A stretch of DNA of 63,303 bases, filler included, from Octopus bimaculoides (lineage: Eukaryota), in assembly GCF_001194135.2 (NCBI RefSeq). It is 7 parts of 7 records of this genome, joined end to end, with 100 filler letters (N's around TTAATTAATTAA, not from the genome) between each part and the next. Parts side by side here need not be neighbours in the genome. Positions count along the whole stretch, not along the records: positions 60,190 to 63,303 come from NW_026300058.1; 6 more parts are not named here. One strand, written 5' to 3'. This document shows positions 60,900 to 63,303 of this stretch, one piece after another (position 1 is the stretch's first letter; each line of letters starts with the position of its first letter). The notes below the pieces were generated by a model. It saw only the letters and a list, made by a program, of their open reading frames with translations. It had not been told where the DNA came from and did not search any database. The translations under genes were made by a program, and so were the position numbers.

Positions 60900-61760
60900 T
60901 ATACCTGCGGCTAAAGACACGCAGCTAGCTTTACTGATTGAGTGTGACAAGGGACGGATTGATGTCTAGCAAGATATATTTAAACGAAGTCTATGAAAAG
61001 CATTCGACAATCCAGAATCGACCCACCCTCTCTGATCGAAGTAACCAAGTCTCGAAGGTAAATTCTTCCATTTATTGTGAGATGATGGGGGGTGGATTGG
61101 TTCGCAAAAGGTTTGCTTCGTCTCCACGTTTCCATGGAACCTTTGATTTCTTTGTAGCATGCCAAGAAGATTCCGTCCAGATTCTCTGTTGTCGGCTGAA
61201 TTCCTGATTGTTGTTTCTAAGTTATTTGGGGACGTAAGAGAGGTGCAATTGTATCCCCTAGACCGTCTCTGCTTTGTGTTCGATAAGCGTGGGCTCATTT
61301 CTGTGTATGTTTTTGCTTTATTTTCCTTCAGCAAGGGCTTATCCGATGCCTATTCTACGATGAACTGTGTTTCGTAGTTAATAAACAAATTGCTTTGTCT
61401 TTGCCAGCCTTGTAGCGAGTTTGTTTCTTCAGCTTCACAAGTTGTTTGCCACAGTTTAAAGACACTTTCCAAGCGTTGACCATCTCAATGTTTCTTTAAT
61501 TCGTTGTAGATTTCCTCGTGTATAATGCGGTTTTTAATTGATAGTGGAGGGGGAGGGGTTCTAACTTGTGTATCATCTGTAGGTGGATTTTCATTTAAGC
61601 AATTATTATGTGGTAAAGAATGAAGAGTGGTGCATAATTCGGACAAATGTTGATTGAGCTGTTCCAGGGATTGTTCTTTCTCTTCGTTTCCTCCTGTGTA
61701 GAGCGAGTGAGTTCATCAGTCTTGCTAATTAAAAGTCTCAAATTCGTGTTGATCTCTCTC
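60900..61760 (-). pseudogene. Degenerate coding-like remnant, probably TE-derived (class unresolved)
   Basis: Higher GC, broken frames such as IHEEIYNELKKH*DGQRLESVFKLWQTTCEAEETNSLQGWQRQ and LACYKEIKGSMETWRRSKPF; no motif confidently recognised. Confidence 0.3.
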
Positions 61761-62189
61761 TTCGTTGAGACTTTTAACTGTAGAGTTTGGTGTTTGTGGC
61801 ATTTTCATTCTCACGTGTAGTGAAATACAATAGAAATATGGTACAAAATAGAAACACACACTTTGAAATAGAAGAAGAAAAACAAACGTAAAGTCTTTTT
61901 ATGAAAAGTAACGATAGATATATACAATTAGATGAACTGAGGTAGGAATAAAAGTAATAAAAGTCATTGTTGGGAGTTGTTAAAGGGATTGAAAAGCATA
62001 CTGGTTTCCTAATATTCCTAATCATTGCGTTATGTAAGATTTTTCCTACTAATTTAATTCAGTTTACGTATCCTTCCCCCGCCCCACGTAAATTGAACTC
62101 AGAACGTAAAGCGTTTTGTCCTCCTAATTTCCGTTTCTATGGCTACGAAGTCAAACATTCTCATAGAATTTCAGTCGCATTAGAATTAC

Positions 62190-62381
62190 TCCAGAAAGAC
62201 GAAGGCTTTGGTCGGCCCGAGGCTATAGTAGAAAACACTTGCCCAAGATGCCACGCAGTGGGACTGAACCCGGAACCATGTGGTTTGTTAGCAAGCTACT
62301 TACCACACATCTATTACAAAATTTACAAACGACCACACGTTTTGAGATTCAGGTGTATTTTCAAACTTCAAAACAAATCCT

Positions 62382-62414
<33 letters not shown>

Positions 62415-62725
62415 TCTTTTACTTGTTTCAATCGCTTCACTGCGGCCATGCTGGAGCNNNNNNNNNNNNNNNNNNNNNNNNNNNNNNNNNNNNNNNNNNN
62501 NNNNNNNNNNNNNNNNNNNNNNNNNNNNNNNNNNNNNNNNNNNNNNNNNNNNNNNNNNNNCATTCTCATAGAATTTCAGTCGCATTAGAATTACTCCAGA
62601 AAGACGAAGGCTTTGGTCGGCCCGAGGCTATAGTAGAAAACACTTGCCCAAGATGCCACGCAGTGGGACTGAACCCTGGGCCATGTGGTTGGTAAACAAG
62701 TTATTTACCACACAGCCACTCCTGC
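62190..62725 (-). mobile_element. SINE family B pieces (62190-62310, 62415-62457, 62607-62725)
   Basis: aaggctttggtcggcccgaggctatagtagaaaacacttgcccaagatgccacgcagtgggactgaacc. Confidence 0.85.
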
Positions 62726-63007
62726 ACACACACACACATATATATATATGGAACAAAAATGCAATAGAGAAGAGAGGGCATTAAAACATCTGGACAGATC
62801 GATGATACAAAGGCGGACAAGAGAAACAACAATTAGAAGGACAGGCCAAAGAGGATGGGTCATTCGTGGCTTTCTTTCCTCAGTCAAGTTCCAGAAGTCA
62901 CGACCATTTCGGGCAGTTACATATATAAGAGTGTATAACTATTTATACACAGAGAGGTGACCCTTGGCAGGATGCCTTACATGCAAGAAAGCGGGGCCAA
63001 AGCCAAC

Positions 63008-63088
63008 CCGTCAATGTCCGCTTTCCATGCTAGCATGGGTTGGATCGTTTGACTGAGGACTGGCGAACCAGAAGGCTGCACCAGGCTC
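63008..63088 (-). mobile_element. RTE-tail-like short repeat fragment
   Basis: aatgtccgctttccatgctagcatgggttgga motif; decayed versions near 23250 and 51925. Confidence 0.45.
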
Positions 63089-63303
63089 ATATATGTATGT
63101 ATGGATTGCTGGGAGGATAGAAAGAGGAGGTGTTTTCAATACAGCACAAAAGCCAAGCTTTAGGCTATCCACACTGTCAAATTCCAGTCATATTTGAAAT
63201 CCTTAAGGTGTAGCATTCACAACACTAAAATCGTAAGAGTGTGTGTGTGAGTGTCTACACACGCACATACACTGACATGTATATATATATATATATATAT
63301 ATA

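Noticed and set aside
62156-62676. 116-bp identical direct duplication (62156-62271 and 62561-62676)
   Set aside because: The second copy starts exactly at a gap edge and is 100% identical, so it is most likely an assembly overlap artefact; the 242-aa ORF across it is spurious.

Overview
AT-rich, microsatellite-dense, gap-rich animal genomic DNA. The SINE families and TE mix suggest an octopod cephalopod (inference from recalled repeat motifs, no database search). Six identical 100-bp spacers (44 N + TTAATTAATTAA + 44 N, a six-frame stop linker) split the window into seven artificially joined segments, so adjacency across them is not biological evidence. There is no complete protein-coding gene; most ORF-track entries are microsatellite or N-run artefacts. 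The content is mainly three tRNA-derived SINE families, decayed non-LTR elements (R4/Dong-like, Tx1/L1-like, CRE-like, CR1, RTE), Penelope-like pieces, mariner/maT/hAT/piggyBac DNA elements and a deleted Helitron. Best leads: (1) a near-canonical minimal hammerhead ribozyme inside a perfect 41-bp inverted repeat (42240-42381), with two more decayed hammerhead motifs; (2) a Tx1-like LINE inserted into a SINE head with a 15-bp degenerate TSD; (3) an R4/Dong element lacking its whole RT domain; (4) CpG-decay domains shown by paired copies of the same MITE, probably marking methylated gene bodies; (5) isolated candidate exons, including a 15-nt microexon. No wholly new system could be demonstrated from sequence alone.
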